Shown piece by piece: positions 17,279-27,431 of a DNA stretch of 43,702 nt. Position 1 is the first letter of the stretch; every line of letters starts with the position of its first letter. The position numbers were made by a program, and so were the translations under genes. Source of the stretch: an uncultured Faecalibacterium sp. (lineage in GTDB: Bacteria > Bacillota > Clostridia > Oscillospirales > Ruminococcaceae); contig CAZUDU010000001.1 in assembly GCA_964619455.1 (NCBI GenBank), positions 1 to 43,702 of the forward strand, read 5' to 3'. The notes below the pieces were generated by a model. It was not told the origin of the DNA. It ran no database searches and saw only the letters and a list, made by a program, of their open reading frames with translations.

Positions 17279-19033
17279 ATGGCATTGGATGCCGCTACTC
17301 TGGCGCTGACCGCAGCGGAGCTGAAACAGACCCTGACGGACGCCAAGATCGCAAAAATTTTTGAACCGACCCGCGATGAGCTGGTCATTACCCTGCGCAC
17401 CCGCACCGAGACGTACAGTCTGCTGCTGTCGGCGCGCAGCGGCTCGGCGCGTGTCTGCCTGACTCAGGAGACCTTCGAGAATCCGGAGACCCCGCCCTCT
17501 TTCTGCATGCTGATGCGCAAGCACCTGCTTGGCGGCAGACTGCTGGATGTCTGGATGGAGCCGAGCGACCGCATCGTGTACTTTGCATTCCAGTGCACCA
17601 ACGAGATGGGAGATCTGGTGCGCAATGTGCTGTGCGCCGAGCTGATGGGACGTTACTCCAATCTGGTGCTGGTGCAGAACGATAAGATCATCGACGCACT
17701 CAAGCGGGTGGACTTTGAGGACAGCGATGTGCGGCAGCTTCTGCCGGGCCTGCCCTACACCACCCCGCCCAAGCCTGCCCGCCCGGACTTTCTGGCGGTC
17801 AGCTCCGCTTCCATTGTGGCGGCGGCGTGCGAGCGGGATCTGCCGGTGGCAGATGCGCTGAACAAGACAGTCGCAGGCGTGGGTCCGGTGGTCTGCCGGG
17901 AAGCTGCGTGGCGTGCGTTCAACGGCGAGCATCTGATCGCAAACGAGCTGACGGCTGACCAGAAGCGCCGGCTCATGGCAGCGGTGGACGAGCTGAAGGA
18001 GCTGCATGATGCGGGCGGCTGCCCGTGCAGCATCACTGCGCCGGACGGCAAGCCGGTGGAGTTCACCTTCTTCCGCCCGCAGCAGTACGGCGAGCAGTAC
18101 CTTATTAAGGAATGGGGCGGCTTCAACGAGCTGCTGGAAGGCTACTACGCGGAAAAGGATCGCGCCGAGCGCCTGCGCACCAAGAGCAAGGAGCTGCACA
18201 AGGCGGTACACAATATGTATGACCGCGCCATCCGCAAGCAGGCAGCCCGTAAGGAAGAACTTGCTGCCAGCGGCAAGAGCGAAAAGCTCCGTCTGTACGG
18301 CGAGCTGCTCTCCGCAAACCTCTATCTGGCAGAAAAGGGCATGAAGAGCATCACGGTGCAGAACTGGTACGATGAGGGCAAAGAGGTCACCATCCCGCTG
18401 GATCTGCGCTTTACCCCCAGCCAGAACGCGCAGAGCTTCTTCAAGAACTACAAGAAGAAGCAGACCGCTGCCCGGATGCTGGTGGATCTGCTCGCAGAGG
18501 GCGAAAAAGAGATCGCGTATCTGGAAACGGTGCTCTACGAGGTGGAGTCGGCTTCCGGTGAGGCGGCACTCAACGAGATCCGCGCAGAGCTGAAAAGTCA
18601 GGGGTATCTGAAATACTACAAGCAGAGGGACAAAAAGCAGAAACCGGCGGACTTCCTCCGCTTTACCTCCAGCGATGGCTTTGAGATCCTGGTCGGGCGC
18701 AACAACGCCCAGAACGACAAGCTCACCCTGCACATGGCACGCGGCAAGGATCTGTGGTTCCATGTACAGAAAGCCCCCGGCAGCCATGTCGTAGTCATGA
18801 GCCGCGGCGAGGATATCCCGGACACCACCAGGCAGGAGGCGGCAGAGCTGGCGGTGCTCCATTCCAGTGCATTCAAGGCGGGTGCGGCGGCAAAGGTCGC
18901 TGTGGACACCACCGAGGTCAAGAACATCTGGAAAGCCAATGGTGCAAAGCCCGGCATGGTGTTGTACGAGGTGTACACTACCGTCTATGTGACCCCCAGA
19001 GAGAAGCTGGAAGAACAGCTCAAAAAAAAATGA
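17279..19033 (+). CDS. rqcH: Ribosome quality control factor RqcH (FbpA/NFACT family)
   Basis: MALDA…PPSFCMLMRKHL, DRIV, ELMGRYSNLVL, NAQSFFKNYKK, VGRNNAQND, WFHVQKAPGSHV, KPGMV. Confidence 0.93.
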   Translation: MALDAATLALTAAELKQTLTDAKIAKIFEPTRDELVITLRTRTETYSLLLSARSGSARVCLTQETFENPETPPSFCMLMRKHLLGGRLLDVWMEPSDRIVYFAFQCTNEMGDLVRNVLCAELMGRYSNLVLVQNDKIIDALKRVDFEDSDVRQLLPGLPYTTPPKPARPDFLAVSSASIVAAACERDLPVADALNKTVAGVGPVVCREAAWRAFNGEHLIANELTADQKRRLMAAVDELKELHDAGGCPCSITAPDGKPVEFTFFRPQQYGEQYLIKEWGGFNELLEGYYAEKDRAERLRTKSKELHKAVHNMYDRAIRKQAARKEELAASGKSEKLRLYGELLSANLYLAEKGMKSITVQNWYDEGKEVTIPLDLRFTPSQNAQSFFKNYKKKQTAARMLVDLLAEGEKEIAYLETVLYEVESASGEAALNEIRAELKSQGYLKYYKQRDKKQKPADFLRFTSSDGFEILVGRNNAQNDKLTLHMARGKDLWFHVQKAPGSHVVVMSRGEDIPDTTRQEAAELAVLHSSAFKAGAAAKVAVDTTEVKNIWKANGAKPGMVLYEVYTTVYVTPREKLEEQLKKK

Positions 19034-19069
19034 GGAGGAAGGATCCCCCTCTGAGATATTGCGTGCGAT

Positions 19070-19095
19070 AAAAGCTCCCCTTCGGGGGAGCTTTT
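19070..19095 (+). terminator. Intrinsic terminator after rqcH
   Basis: AAAAGCTCCCC-TTCG-GGGGAGCTTTT. Confidence 0.8.
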
Positions 19096-19324
19096 ATGTT
19101 TTGGGTACAGTTTACGATCCGGACGATTCGCATCGGGCAGCTTTCTCTATATATAGGTATAATCTTTCCACATCTGCCCATACTGGTTGTGGAAAGAAGG
19201 CGCTCCGGCGGGGTCTTCTTTGCCAAAGACTGCCCTTAAATTGTGCATCTTGCACAGAAATTGTCGCACAAAGAGAAAATGAGAAAAATAAAAAAGAAAA
19301 TGCGTAATTTTTTTCAAAAAACGC

Positions 19325-19353
19325 TTGCCAAATGAACGAAGATGTGATAGAAT
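19325..19353 (+). promoter_or_regulatory. S10 operon sigma-A promoter
   Basis: TTGCCA-17bp-TAGAAT with extended -10 TG and an A/T-rich UP element upstream. Confidence 0.8.
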
Positions 19354-19359
19354 GTTTCT

Positions 19360-19707
19360 CGGCTGCAAGAGACTTGTGCGATACAAGTCGTGCAAGTCCA
19401 AACGATATGCGTAGATGCGGGAGGTTGTCATCCGGCGATAGTCGTGATGGGTTATTTCCGCGGAGTATGTCCGATCTTAGAACCGGGCGAAAAAATTACT
19501 GACAGCGATGGAATATGTTCCCTCGGCGGAAGGATGCTTCTGCGAAACGGGAGGAACCAATGTTCGGATTTGATTTGCTTATATGTTTCCGGGAGAACTG
19601 CCATGCGGTTCACCGGCTTTTATAGTGCCAAATCGAGGAACACCCGGAACTGTGTAGAGATTTATCGGCTCGCCTAGGGCAAAACAATTTTTCAGGAGGC
19701 GTAAGCA
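19360..19707 (+). ncRNA. Long structured rpsJ (S10) 5' leader, probable ribosomal-protein leader
   Basis: About 350 nt between promoter and rpsJ; GATGCGGGAGGTTG…TTTCCGCGGAG helix recalling the firmicute S10 leader; several further stems. Confidence 0.6.
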
Positions 19708-20019
19708 ATGGCAGTCAAAGAGAAAATCAGAATCCGTCTGCAGAGCTATGATGCTCAGCTCATCGATGCCGCAGCAGAGAAGATCGTGGAGACCGCAAAG
19801 CACACTGGTGCTCGCGTGTCCGGCCCCATCCCTCTGCCCACCGATCGCGAGATCGTCACTATCCTGCGTGCTACTCACAAGTACAAGGATAGCCGCGAGC
19901 AGTTCGAGAGCCGCACTCACAAGCGTCTGATCGACATTCTGAAGCCGTCCAATAAGACGGTCGAGGCTCTGATGAGCCTCCAGCTCCCCGCTGGCGTGGA
20001 CATCGAGATCAAGCTGTAA
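19708..20019 (+). CDS. rpsJ: 30S ribosomal protein S10
   Basis: KIRIRL…SGPIPLPT…KDSREQFE. Confidence 0.98.
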   Translation: MAVKEKIRIRLQSYDAQLIDAAAEKIVETAKHTGARVSGPIPLPTDREIVTILRATHKYKDSREQFESRTHKRLIDILKPSNKTVEALMSLQLPAGVDIEIKL

Positions 20020-20110
20020 TTGATCTGACACGATGCCCTCGTTTCCCGAGGGGTCATGTTGGCGGTGACGTGCGCCGCCAACCAATAACCTTTACAGGAG
20101 GAAAAAGAAA

Positions 20111-20743
20111 ATGGTTAAAGGCATTATCGGCAAGAAGGTCGGTATGACTCAGCTGTTCGATGAGAACGGCAAGGTCATCCCCGTGACCGTCATCGAGGCT
20201 GGTCCCTGCACCGTCGTGCAGAAGAAGACCGTCGAGAGCGATGGTTATCAGGCTGTCCAGCTGGGCTTCGGCGAGGTTTCCGCTAAGAAGGTCAACAAGG
20301 CAGCAGCAGGTCACTTCAAGAAGGCAAACGTTGCTCCCAAGAAGACCCTGCGTGAGTTCCGTCTGGACGACATCTCTGCAATGAACGTTGGCGACGTGCT
20401 GAAGGCTGATGTCTTCGCAGCAGGCGACAAGGTCGACGTTGCAGGTGTTTCCAAGGGTAAGGGCTACCAGGGCGTTATCAAGCGCTTCGGTCAGCACCGT
20501 CTGCGTGAGAGCCACGGCACTGGTCCTGTCGCTCGTCATGCAGGTTCTATGGGCGCTATTTCCGATCCCTCTCGTGTGTTCCCCGGCAAGCGCCTGCCCG
20601 GTCACATGGGTTTTGTGCGCGTCACCGTGCAGAACCTGACCGTTGTCAAGGTTGACACCGAGAACAATCTGATCGCTGTCAAGGGTGCGGTCCCCGGTTC
20701 CAAGGGCACCATCGTCACTCTGGCTAACAGCGTGAAGGCGTAA
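20111..20743 (+). CDS. rplC: 50S ribosomal protein L3
   Basis: [11 protein letters not shown]…PVTVIEAGP; operon order. Confidence 0.98.
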   Translation: MVKGIIGKKVGMTQLFDENGKVIPVTVIEAGPCTVVQKKTVESDGYQAVQLGFGEVSAKKVNKAAAGHFKKANVAPKKTLREFRLDDISAMNVGDVLKADVFAAGDKVDVAGVSKGKGYQGVIKRFGQHRLRESHGTGPVARHAGSMGAISDPSRVFPGKRLPGHMGFVRVTVQNLTVVKVDTENNLIAVKGAVPGSKGTIVTLANSVKA

Positions 20744-20757
20744 GGAGGAAAGCTACA

Positions 20758-21381
20758 ATGGCAAAGTTTAATGTAGTCGATATGAACGGTCAGCATGTTA
20801 GCGAGATCGAGCTTTCCGACGCCGTGTTCGGCATCACCCCGAATGAGAAGGCTGTCCACATTGCTGTGGTGAACTTCCTGGCAAATCAGCGTCAGGGCAC
20901 CCAGAACACCAAGATCCGCAAGGAAGTTTCCGGCGGCGGCAAGAAGCCTTGGCGTCAGAAGGGCACCGGCCATGCTCGTCAGGGTTCCATCCGCGCTCCG
21001 CAGTGGACTCACGGCGGCGTTGCTCTGGGCCCCAAGCCCCGCAGCTACAACTACCACATCAACAACAAGGTCAAGCGCCTGGCTCTGCTGAGCGTCCTGT
21101 CCGACAAGGCTGCTAACGGCAACATGGTCGTTGTTGATAAGTTCGTCTGCGACGAGTACAAGACCAAGGCAGTGGTTGCAATGCTGAACGCTGTTGGCGC
21201 TGGCAAGAAGAACCTGCTGGTCAACGAGACTGTCGATGCAAAGTTCGTCAAGAGCGCTAGCAACATTGCTGGTGTCAAGACCACTTTCGCAGGCAGCGTG
21301 AACACCTACGATGTGCTGAACGCCGACAAGCTGATCATCAGCGTCGACGCAGCGAAGAAGCTCGAGGAGGTGCTTGGCTAA
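20758..21381 (+). CDS. rplD: 50S ribosomal protein L4
   Basis: RQGT…KPWRQKGTGHARQGSIRAPQW. Confidence 0.98.
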   Translation: MAKFNVVDMNGQHVSEIELSDAVFGITPNEKAVHIAVVNFLANQRQGTQNTKIRKEVSGGGKKPWRQKGTGHARQGSIRAPQWTHGGVALGPKPRSYNYHINNKVKRLALLSVLSDKAANGNMVVVDKFVCDEYKTKAVVAMLNAVGAGKKNLLVNETVDAKFVKSASNIAGVKTTFAGSVNTYDVLNADKLIISVDAAKKLEEVLG

Positions 21382-21677
21382 TGAAAACCGCACATGATAT
21401 CATCCTGAAGCCGGTCATTACCGAGAACTCCATGGCTGGCATCGCTGATAAGAAGTACACCTTCAAGGTCGCTACCGACGCAACCAAGGTCGAGATCGCT
21501 CAGGCTGTTGAAGTCCTGTTCCCCGGCACCAAGGTTGAGAAGGTCAACACCATGTCTGTCCGTGGCCGCTTCCGCCGCCAGGGTATGCACGCTGGTTACA
21601 CCGCTGCTACCAAGAAGGCGATCGTGACCCTGACCAAGGACTCCAAGGAAATCGAGTTCTTCAACAGCATGGTCTAA
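21381..21677 (+). CDS. rplW: 50S ribosomal protein L23
   Basis: IILKPVITE…KYTFKV…KKAIVTL. Confidence 0.97.
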   Translation: MKTAHDIILKPVITENSMAGIADKKYTFKVATDATKVEIAQAVEVLFPGTKVEKVNTMSVRGRFRRQGMHAGYTAATKKAIVTLTKDSKEIEFFNSMV

Positions 21678-21753
21678 TCGAACCCGCCGAGGGTTCCTCT
21701 ATGGGGATATGACCCCGATAATAATTCATAAGATATACAAAGGAGAATAGCAA

Positions 21754-22584
21754 ATGGCTATCAAAAAGTATAAGCCGACTACTCCGGGCCGCCGTGGCAT
21801 GACTGTTACTGATTACAGCGTTCTGTCCAAGGTCGAGCCTGAGCGCAGCCTGCTGGAGCCCATGAAGAAGCACAGCGGCCGCAACAACACTGGTCGCATC
21901 ACCGTCCGTCACCACGGCGGCGGCAACCGCACCAAGTATCGTGTCATCGACTTCAAGCGTCAGAAGACCGATATCAATGCAACTGTTCTGACCCTCGAGT
22001 ACGATCCGAACCGCAGCGCATTCATCGCTCTGGTCGAGTACACCGATGGCGTCAAGAGCTACATCATCGCTCCCGACGGACTGAAGGTCGGCGATGTGAT
22101 CGTGAGCGGCGCTGGCGCTGACATCAAGCCCGGCAACTGCCTGCCCATGGCTAACATCCCTGTCGGTACCATCATCCACAACATCGAGCTGTACCCCGGC
22201 CACGGCGCTCAGCTGGTTCGTTCCGCTGGCAACATGGCTCAGCTGATGGCTAAGGAGAACGGCTACGCTCTGGTTCGTCTGCCCTCCGGTGAGATGCGCA
22301 ATGTGCCCGTCAACTGCACCGCAGTTATCGGTCAGGTCTCCAACGTTGACCACGAGAACGTCAACCTGGGCAAGGCTGGCCGTAAGCGTCACATGGGCGT
22401 CCGTCCCGGCAGCCGTGGTACTGTCATGAACCCCTGCGATCACCCCCACGGCGGTGGCGAGGGTCGTGCACCCATCGGCCACACCGGTCCTATGACTCCT
22501 TGGGGCAAGCCCGCTCTGGGTCTCAAGACTCGCAAGCATCATAAGCGCTCCGATAAGCTGATCGTGAAGCGTGCAGGTAAGTAA
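21754..22584 (+). CDS. rplB: 50S ribosomal protein L2
   Basis: [30 protein letters not shown]. Confidence 0.98.
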   Translation: MAIKKYKPTTPGRRGMTVTDYSVLSKVEPERSLLEPMKKHSGRNNTGRITVRHHGGGNRTKYRVIDFKRQKTDINATVLTLEYDPNRSAFIALVEYTDGVKSYIIAPDGLKVGDVIVSGAGADIKPGNCLPMANIPVGTIIHNIELYPGHGAQLVRSAGNMAQLMAKENGYALVRLPSGEMRNVPVNCTAVIGQVSNVDHENVNLGKAGRKRHMGVRPGSRGTVMNPCDHPHGGGEGRAPIGHTGPMTPWGKPALGLKTRKHHKRSDKLIVKRAGK

Positions 22585-22601
22585 GAGAGGAGTTTAAGAC
22601 A

Positions 22602-22868
22602 ATGGGTAGAAGCATTAAAAAAGGACCTTTCGTCCAGGCTGCTCTTATGAAGCACGTTGAAGCGATGAACGCTTCCGGCAAGAAGCAGGTCATCAAGACC
22701 TGGAGCCGTGCCTCCACGATCTTCCCCGAATTCGTTGGTCACACCTTTGCCGTTCATGACGGCCGCAAGCATGTGCCTGTGTACGTGACCGAGGATATGG
22801 TTGGCCACAAGCTGGGTGAGTTCGTTCCCACCCGTACCTTCAAGGGCCACACCGGTAATTCTAAGTAA
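22602..22868 (+). CDS. rpsS: 30S ribosomal protein S19
   Basis: RSIKKGPF…TWSRAS…MVGHKLGEF. Confidence 0.98.
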   Translation: MGRSIKKGPFVQAALMKHVEAMNASGKKQVIKTWSRASTIFPEFVGHTFAVHDGRKHVPVYVTEDMVGHKLGEFVPTRTFKGHTGNSK

Positions 22869-22886
22869 TAGAGGGAGGAACATAAC

Positions 22887-23222
22887 ATGGAAGCTCGGGC
22901 AATTCTTCGCTATGCCCGCATTAGTCCCCGTAAGGTGTCTATCGTTATGGATCTGATCCGTAACAAGCCCCTGGACGAAGCGCTGGCAATCCTGCAGTAC
23001 ACCCCGAAGGCAGCTTGTGAGCCCCTTCTGAAGCTGGTGAAGTCTGCAGCCGCTAATGCGGAAAACAACTTCAATATGGACAAGAACAACCTCTACGTCG
23101 CCGAGTGCTTTGTTTGCCCCGGCCCGACGCTGAAGCGCATGATGCCTCGTGCACAGGGCCGCGGCTACCGCATCCTGAAGCGCACCAGCCACATGACCGT
23201 TGTTCTGAAAGAGAAACAGTAA
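22887..23222 (+). CDS. rplV: 50S ribosomal protein L22
   Basis: RISPRKV…SAAANAENN…PRAQGR. Confidence 0.98.
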   Translation: MEARAILRYARISPRKVSIVMDLIRNKPLDEALAILQYTPKAACEPLLKLVKSAAANAENNFNMDKNNLYVAECFVCPGPTLKRMMPRAQGRGYRILKRTSHMTVVLKEKQ

Positions 23223-23234
23223 GGAGGGAAAACA

Positions 23235-23939
23235 ATGGGCCAGAAAGTAAATCCGCACGGCATTCGTGTCGGCGTTATTAAAGACTGGGACAGCCGCTGG
23301 TTTGCCTCCAAGAAGGATTTCAGCGAGAACCTCGTCGAGGATCACAAGATCCGTACTGAGCTGAAGGCTCAGCTGAAGGACGCTGGTGTCCCCAAGATCG
23401 AGATCGAGCGTACTGTGGATCCTTCCACTTCTGCTCCTCGCGTCACCGTCAACATCTACTGCTCCAAGCCCGGTATGGTCATCGGCAAGGGCGGCGAAGA
23501 GCGCATCGCTCTGCAGAACAAGCTGACCAAGGAGTATGGCAAGACTGTTATCGTCAATGTCATCGAGGTCAAGAGCGCTGCTACCAACGCTCAGCTGGTT
23601 GCTGAGGATATCGCTCGCCAGCTGGAGAACCGCGTGACCTTCCGTCGTGCGATGAAGCAGTGCATGCGCAACGCTATGAGCCCCCGCGATCGTGCAACCG
23701 TTCCCGCAAAGGGCATCAAGGCAATGTGCTCCGGCCGTCTGGGCGGCGCTGATATCGCTCGTACCGAGAGCTACCACGAGGGCACCATCCCCCTGCAGAC
23801 TCTGCGTGCTGACATTGACTACGGCTTTGCAGAGGCAGCTACCACCTACGGCCGCATCGGCGTTAAGGTGTGGGTCTACAAGGGCGAGGTCCTCAAGAGC
23901 GCTAAGACCGCTCAGAAGAAGGAAGGAGGCAACAAGTAA
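23235..23939 (+). CDS. rpsC: 30S ribosomal protein S3
   Basis: [11 protein letters not shown]…[10 protein letters not shown]…[11 protein letters not shown]…[11 protein letters not shown]. Confidence 0.98.
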   Translation: MGQKVNPHGIRVGVIKDWDSRWFASKKDFSENLVEDHKIRTELKAQLKDAGVPKIEIERTVDPSTSAPRVTVNIYCSKPGMVIGKGGEERIALQNKLTKEYGKTVIVNVIEVKSAATNAQLVAEDIARQLENRVTFRRAMKQCMRNAMSPRDRATVPAKGIKAMCSGRLGGADIARTESYHEGTIPLQTLRADIDYGFAEAATTYGRIGVKVWVYKGEVLKSAKTAQKKEGGNK

Positions 23940-24379
23940 TGTTACTGCCTAAGCGTGTTAAGTACCGCCGCGTCCATCGCGGCCGCATGACCGGCAAGGC
24001 TACCCGCGGCAACGTGGTGTGCCAGGGCCAGTACGGTCTGGTTGCCCTGGAGCCGGCTTGGATCTCTTCCGCACAGATCGAGTCTGCTCGTATCGCCATG
24101 ACTCGTTATATCAAGCGTGGCGGCAAGGTCTGGATCAAGATCTTCCCCGATAAGCCCGTCACCGAGAAGCCCGCTGAGACCCGCATGGGCTCCGGTAAGG
24201 GCTCTCCCGAATACTGGGTTGCTGTTGTCAAGCCCGGCCGTGTCCTGTTCGAGCTGGCAGATGTCGATGAGGCAACTGCTCGTGAGGCAATGCGTCTGGC
24301 TATGCACAAGCTGCCCATCAAGTGCAAATTTGTTGTCCGTGAGGACTCCGTGAAGGAGGATGGCACCAATGAAGGCTAA
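23939..24379 (+). CDS. rplP: 50S ribosomal protein L16
   Basis: [10 protein letters not shown]…ETRMGSGKG. Confidence 0.98.
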   Translation: MLLPKRVKYRRVHRGRMTGKATRGNVVCQGQYGLVALEPAWISSAQIESARIAMTRYIKRGGKVWIKIFPDKPVTEKPAETRMGSGKGSPEYWVAVVKPGRVLFELADVDEATAREAMRLAMHKLPIKCKFVVREDSVKEDGTNEG

Positions 24380-24554
24380 TGAACTCCGCGAAATGCAGAC
24401 CGCAGAGCTGACCAGCAAGCTGGCAGATCTGAAGGCTGAACTGTTTAACCTGCGTTTCCAGCATGCCATCAACCAGCTGGAGAACCCCGGCCGCATCGAA
24501 GCAGTCAAGAAGGACATCGCTCGCGTGATGACCGTTCTGGCTGAGAAGCAGTAA
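24369..24554 (+). CDS. rpmC: 50S ribosomal protein L29
   Basis: MKANELR…ELFNLRFQ…KKDIARVMT; AAGGAGG RBS. Confidence 0.97.
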   Translation: MKANELREMQTAELTSKLADLKAELFNLRFQHAINQLENPGRIEAVKKDIARVMTVLAEKQ

Positions 24555-24566
24555 GGAGGTTAAACG

Positions 24567-24824
24567 ATGGAAGAACGTAATCTGAGAAAGACCCGCGTCG
24601 GCGTTGTTGTGTCCGACAAGATGGATAAGACCATCGTGGTTGCCGTTAAGGATAGCGTGCAGCACCCCCTGTACAAGAAGATCCTGAAGCGTACCGTGAA
24701 GTTCAAGGCTCGTGACGAGCAGAACGAGTGCGGTATCGGCGACCGTGTTGAGATCATGGAGTGCCGCCCCCTGAGCAAGGATGTGCGCTGGCGCCTGGTC
24801 CGTATCGTTGAGAAGGCGAAGTAA
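24567..24824 (+). CDS. rpsQ: 30S ribosomal protein S17
   Basis: [14 protein letters not shown]…HPLYKK…RPLSK. Confidence 0.98.
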   Translation: MEERNLRKTRVGVVVSDKMDKTIVVAVKDSVQHPLYKKILKRTVKFKARDEQNECGIGDRVEIMECRPLSKDVRWRLVRIVEKAK

Positions 24825-24871
24825 GAATTCTTCGCCCGCTGCTTTGAACAGTTTGAAAGGAGATATCTGAA

Positions 24872-25240
24872 ATGGTTCAGATGCAAACTTATCTCAAAGT
24901 TGCCGACAACACCGGTGCCAAGGAGCTGATGTGCTTCCGTGTGCTGGGCGGCACCCGCAAGAGATACGCTAATATTGGTGACGTCGTGGTCTGCTCTGTT
25001 AAGAAGGCAGCCCCCGGCGGCTCCGTGAAGAAGGGCGATGTCGTTAAGGCTGTTATCGTACGCAGCAAGCACGGCGTCCGCCGCGACGACGGCTCCTACA
25101 TCCGTTTCGATGAGAACGCCGCCGTTATCGTCAATGCCGACAAGAACCCCAAGGGTACCCGTATCTTTGGACCTGTTGCTCGCGAGCTGCGCGAGGCCGG
25201 CTACACCAAGATCCTGAGCCTGGCTCCGGAATCGCTGTAA
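24872..25240 (+). CDS. rplN: 50S ribosomal protein L14
   Basis: VADNTGAK…FDENAAV…[12 protein letters not shown]. Confidence 0.98.
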   Translation: MVQMQTYLKVADNTGAKELMCFRVLGGTRKRYANIGDVVVCSVKKAAPGGSVKKGDVVKAVIVRSKHGVRRDDGSYIRFDENAAVIVNADKNPKGTRIFGPVARELREAGYTKILSLAPESL

Positions 25241-25253
25241 GGAGGTTTTAAAA

Positions 25254-25568
25254 ATGAATAATCTTCATGTTAAAACCGGCGACAACGTTATGATCATCAG
25301 CGGCAAGGACAAGGGCCACACCGGCAAGGTCCTGCAGGTGAGCCCCTCCGAAGGCAAGGTCATTGTTGAAGGCCAGAACATGGTTACCAAGCACGTCAAG
25401 CCCCGCCGTCAGGGCGAGCAGGGCGGCATCGTGAAGGCTGAGGGTGCTATGTACGCATCCAAGGTCATGCCCATCTGCCCCAAGTGCGGCAAGGCTGTGC
25501 GCGTTGGCCACATTGAAAAGGACGGCAAGAACGTCCGCGTCTGCAAGAAGTGCGGCGCTGAACTGTAA
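25254..25568 (+). CDS. rplX: 50S ribosomal protein L24
   Basis: KOW motif [16 protein letters not shown]; C-terminal CPKC/CKKC. Confidence 0.98.
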   Translation: MNNLHVKTGDNVMIISGKDKGHTGKVLQVSPSEGKVIVEGQNMVTKHVKPRRQGEQGGIVKAEGAMYASKVMPICPKCGKAVRVGHIEKDGKNVRVCKKCGAEL

Positions 25569-25585
25569 GAAAGGAGTACGGAACA

Positions 25586-26131
25586 ATGGCTCGTTTGAAA
25601 GAACAGTATGTCAATGAAATTGCTCCTGCTCTGAACAAGAAGTTCGGTTACAAGAGCGTTATGCAGATCCCCAAGCTCGATAAGGTCGTCATCAACGTTG
25701 CCTGCGGCGAAGCCAAGGAAAACGAGAAGATCCTCGAGGCTGTTATGAAGGATCTGGGCCAGATCACTGGCCAGAAGGCAGTCGTCTGCCGTGCCAAGAA
25801 GAGCGTTGCTAACTTCAAGCTGCGCCAGGGCACTCCCATTGGTTGCAAGGTCACCCTGCGCGGTGAGCGTATGTACGAGTTCGTCGATCGCTTCTTCAGC
25901 ATCGCCCTGCCCCGTGTCCGCGACTTCCGCGGCATCAACGGCAACGGCTTCGACGGCCGCGGTAACTTCGCTTGCGGCATCAAGGAGCAGACCATCTTCC
26001 CTGAGATCGATTTCGAGAAGGTCGACGCGATCCGTGGTATGGACGTTTGCTTCGTCACCACCGCTAAGACTGACGAAGAGGGCAAGGAGCTGCTGAAGGC
26101 TCTGGGCGCTCCGTTCGCTACCGAGGAATAA
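25586..26131 (+). CDS. rplE: 50S ribosomal protein L5
   Basis: [11 protein letters not shown]…[10 protein letters not shown]…FDGRGN. Confidence 0.98.
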   Translation: MARLKEQYVNEIAPALNKKFGYKSVMQIPKLDKVVINVACGEAKENEKILEAVMKDLGQITGQKAVVCRAKKSVANFKLRQGTPIGCKVTLRGERMYEFVDRFFSIALPRVRDFRGINGNGFDGRGNFACGIKEQTIFPEIDFEKVDAIRGMDVCFVTTAKTDEEGKELLKALGAPFATEE

Positions 26132-26148
26132 GGGAGGAGATTTGTACA

Positions 26149-26334
26149 ATGGCTAAACTGTCTATGAAGCTCAAGCAGTCCCGTCCTGCTAAGTTCTCCA
26201 CCCGTGCATACACCCGCTGCCGCATCTGCGGCCGTCCCCACTCCGTGCTGCGTAAGTACGGCGTGTGCCGTGTGTGCTTCCGTGAGCTGGCCTACAAGGG
26301 CGAGATCCCGGGCGTCAAGAAGGCTTCTTGGTAA
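26149..26334 (+). CDS. rpsN: 30S ribosomal protein S14, type Z (zinc-binding)
   Basis: 61 aa; RCRICGR…CRVCFRELA. Confidence 0.98.
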   Translation: MAKLSMKLKQSRPAKFSTRAYTRCRICGRPHSVLRKYGVCRVCFRELAYKGEIPGVKKASW

Positions 26335-26445
26335 TTTGACCGGAAACCGGTAAACATTTTTGTCGGATCCCGCCCCGGGCAAACAGTTGTTTCGGGGCGG
26401 TATCATTATAAATCATTTGAGAGCTAATCTAAGGAGGTTAGTGGC

Positions 26446-26844
26446 ATGCAGATTACTGATCCTATCGCGGACCTGCTGACTCGCATCCGCAACGCTAGCA
26501 CTGCCAAACACCCTTCTGTGGAGATCCCCGCTTCCAACATGAAGAAGGCTATCTGCCAGATTCTGGTTGACGAGGGCTACATCAAGGGTATGCAGGTCAA
26601 GAACGACACCGTTCAGGGCACCATCGTTTGCACTCTGAAGTATCAGGCAAACGGCGAGCCCGTCATCGCTGGCCTGCGCCGTGTGTCCAAGCCCGGCCTG
26701 CGCATCTACACCAACTGCGAAGATATGCCGAAGGTCATGAAGGGCCTGGGCACCGCAATCATTTCCACTTCCAAGGGCATCATGACCGATAAGGCTGCTC
26801 GTGCTGCGCACGTTGGCGGCGAGGTCCTGGCTTTTGTGTGGTAA
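26446..26844 (+). CDS. rpsH: 30S ribosomal protein S8
   Basis: [13 protein letters not shown]…SKPGLRIY…GGEVLAFVW. Confidence 0.98.
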   Translation: MQITDPIADLLTRIRNASTAKHPSVEIPASNMKKAICQILVDEGYIKGMQVKNDTVQGTIVCTLKYQANGEPVIAGLRRVSKPGLRIYTNCEDMPKVMKGLGTAIISTSKGIMTDKAARAAHVGGEVLAFVW

Positions 26845-26861
26845 GAAAGGGGTAAAAGACA

Positions 26862-27413
26862 ATGTCGAGAATTGGAAGAAAACCCATCGTCATTCCTGCC
26901 GGCGTTGAGGTCACTGTCAACGAGGCAGACCACAACATCACCGTCAAGGGCCCCAAGGGTACTCTGAATTCCAACTATCATTCCCTGATGACCGTCAAGG
27001 TCGAGGGCAATGAGGTTCTGGTTACCCGCCCCAATGACGAAGCTGAGGCTCGCAGCCTGCACGGCCTGACCCGCACCCTGATCGCTAACATGGTCACTGG
27101 TGTTACCGAGGGCTACAAGAAGGAAATGGAGATCGTCGGTGTTGGTCTGCGCTGCCAGAAGCAGGGCTCCAACCTGGTCATGAACCTGGGCTTCTCTCAT
27201 CAGGTCAATGTTCCTGATACTGAGGACTGCACCATCGTCTGGCAGGATCCCAATAACTTCACTGTTACCGGTATCGACAAGCAGAAGGTCGGCCAGTATG
27301 CTGCTGAGATCCGCGCTCTGAAGAAGCCTGAGCCTTACAAGGGCAAGGGCATTCGCTACAAGGGCGAGGTCGTCAAGCACAAAGAAGGCAAGGCCGGTAA
27401 GGGCAAGAAATAA
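26862..27413 (+). CDS. rplF: 50S ribosomal protein L6
   Basis: MSRIGRKP…PEPYKGKGIRY. Confidence 0.98.
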   Translation: MSRIGRKPIVIPAGVEVTVNEADHNITVKGPKGTLNSNYHSLMTVKVEGNEVLVTRPNDEAEARSLHGLTRTLIANMVTGVTEGYKKEMEIVGVGLRCQKQGSNLVMNLGFSHQVNVPDTEDCTIVWQDPNNFTVTGIDKQKVGQYAAEIRALKKPEPYKGKGIRYKGEVVKHKEGKAGKGKK

Positions 27414-27431
27414 GGTAAGGAGTGAAAGACA

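Noticed and set aside
19022-19030. A9 run at the end of rqcH as a phase-variation or stalling signal
   Set aside because: It encodes only the terminal lysines, so slippage would alter just the extreme C-terminus.
19059-19677. Short ORFs in the rqcH-rpsJ intergenic region (19059-19307, 19147-19431, 19390-19677)
   Set aside because: No convincing RBS or coding-like composition. They run across a terminator, the promoter and the structured leader.
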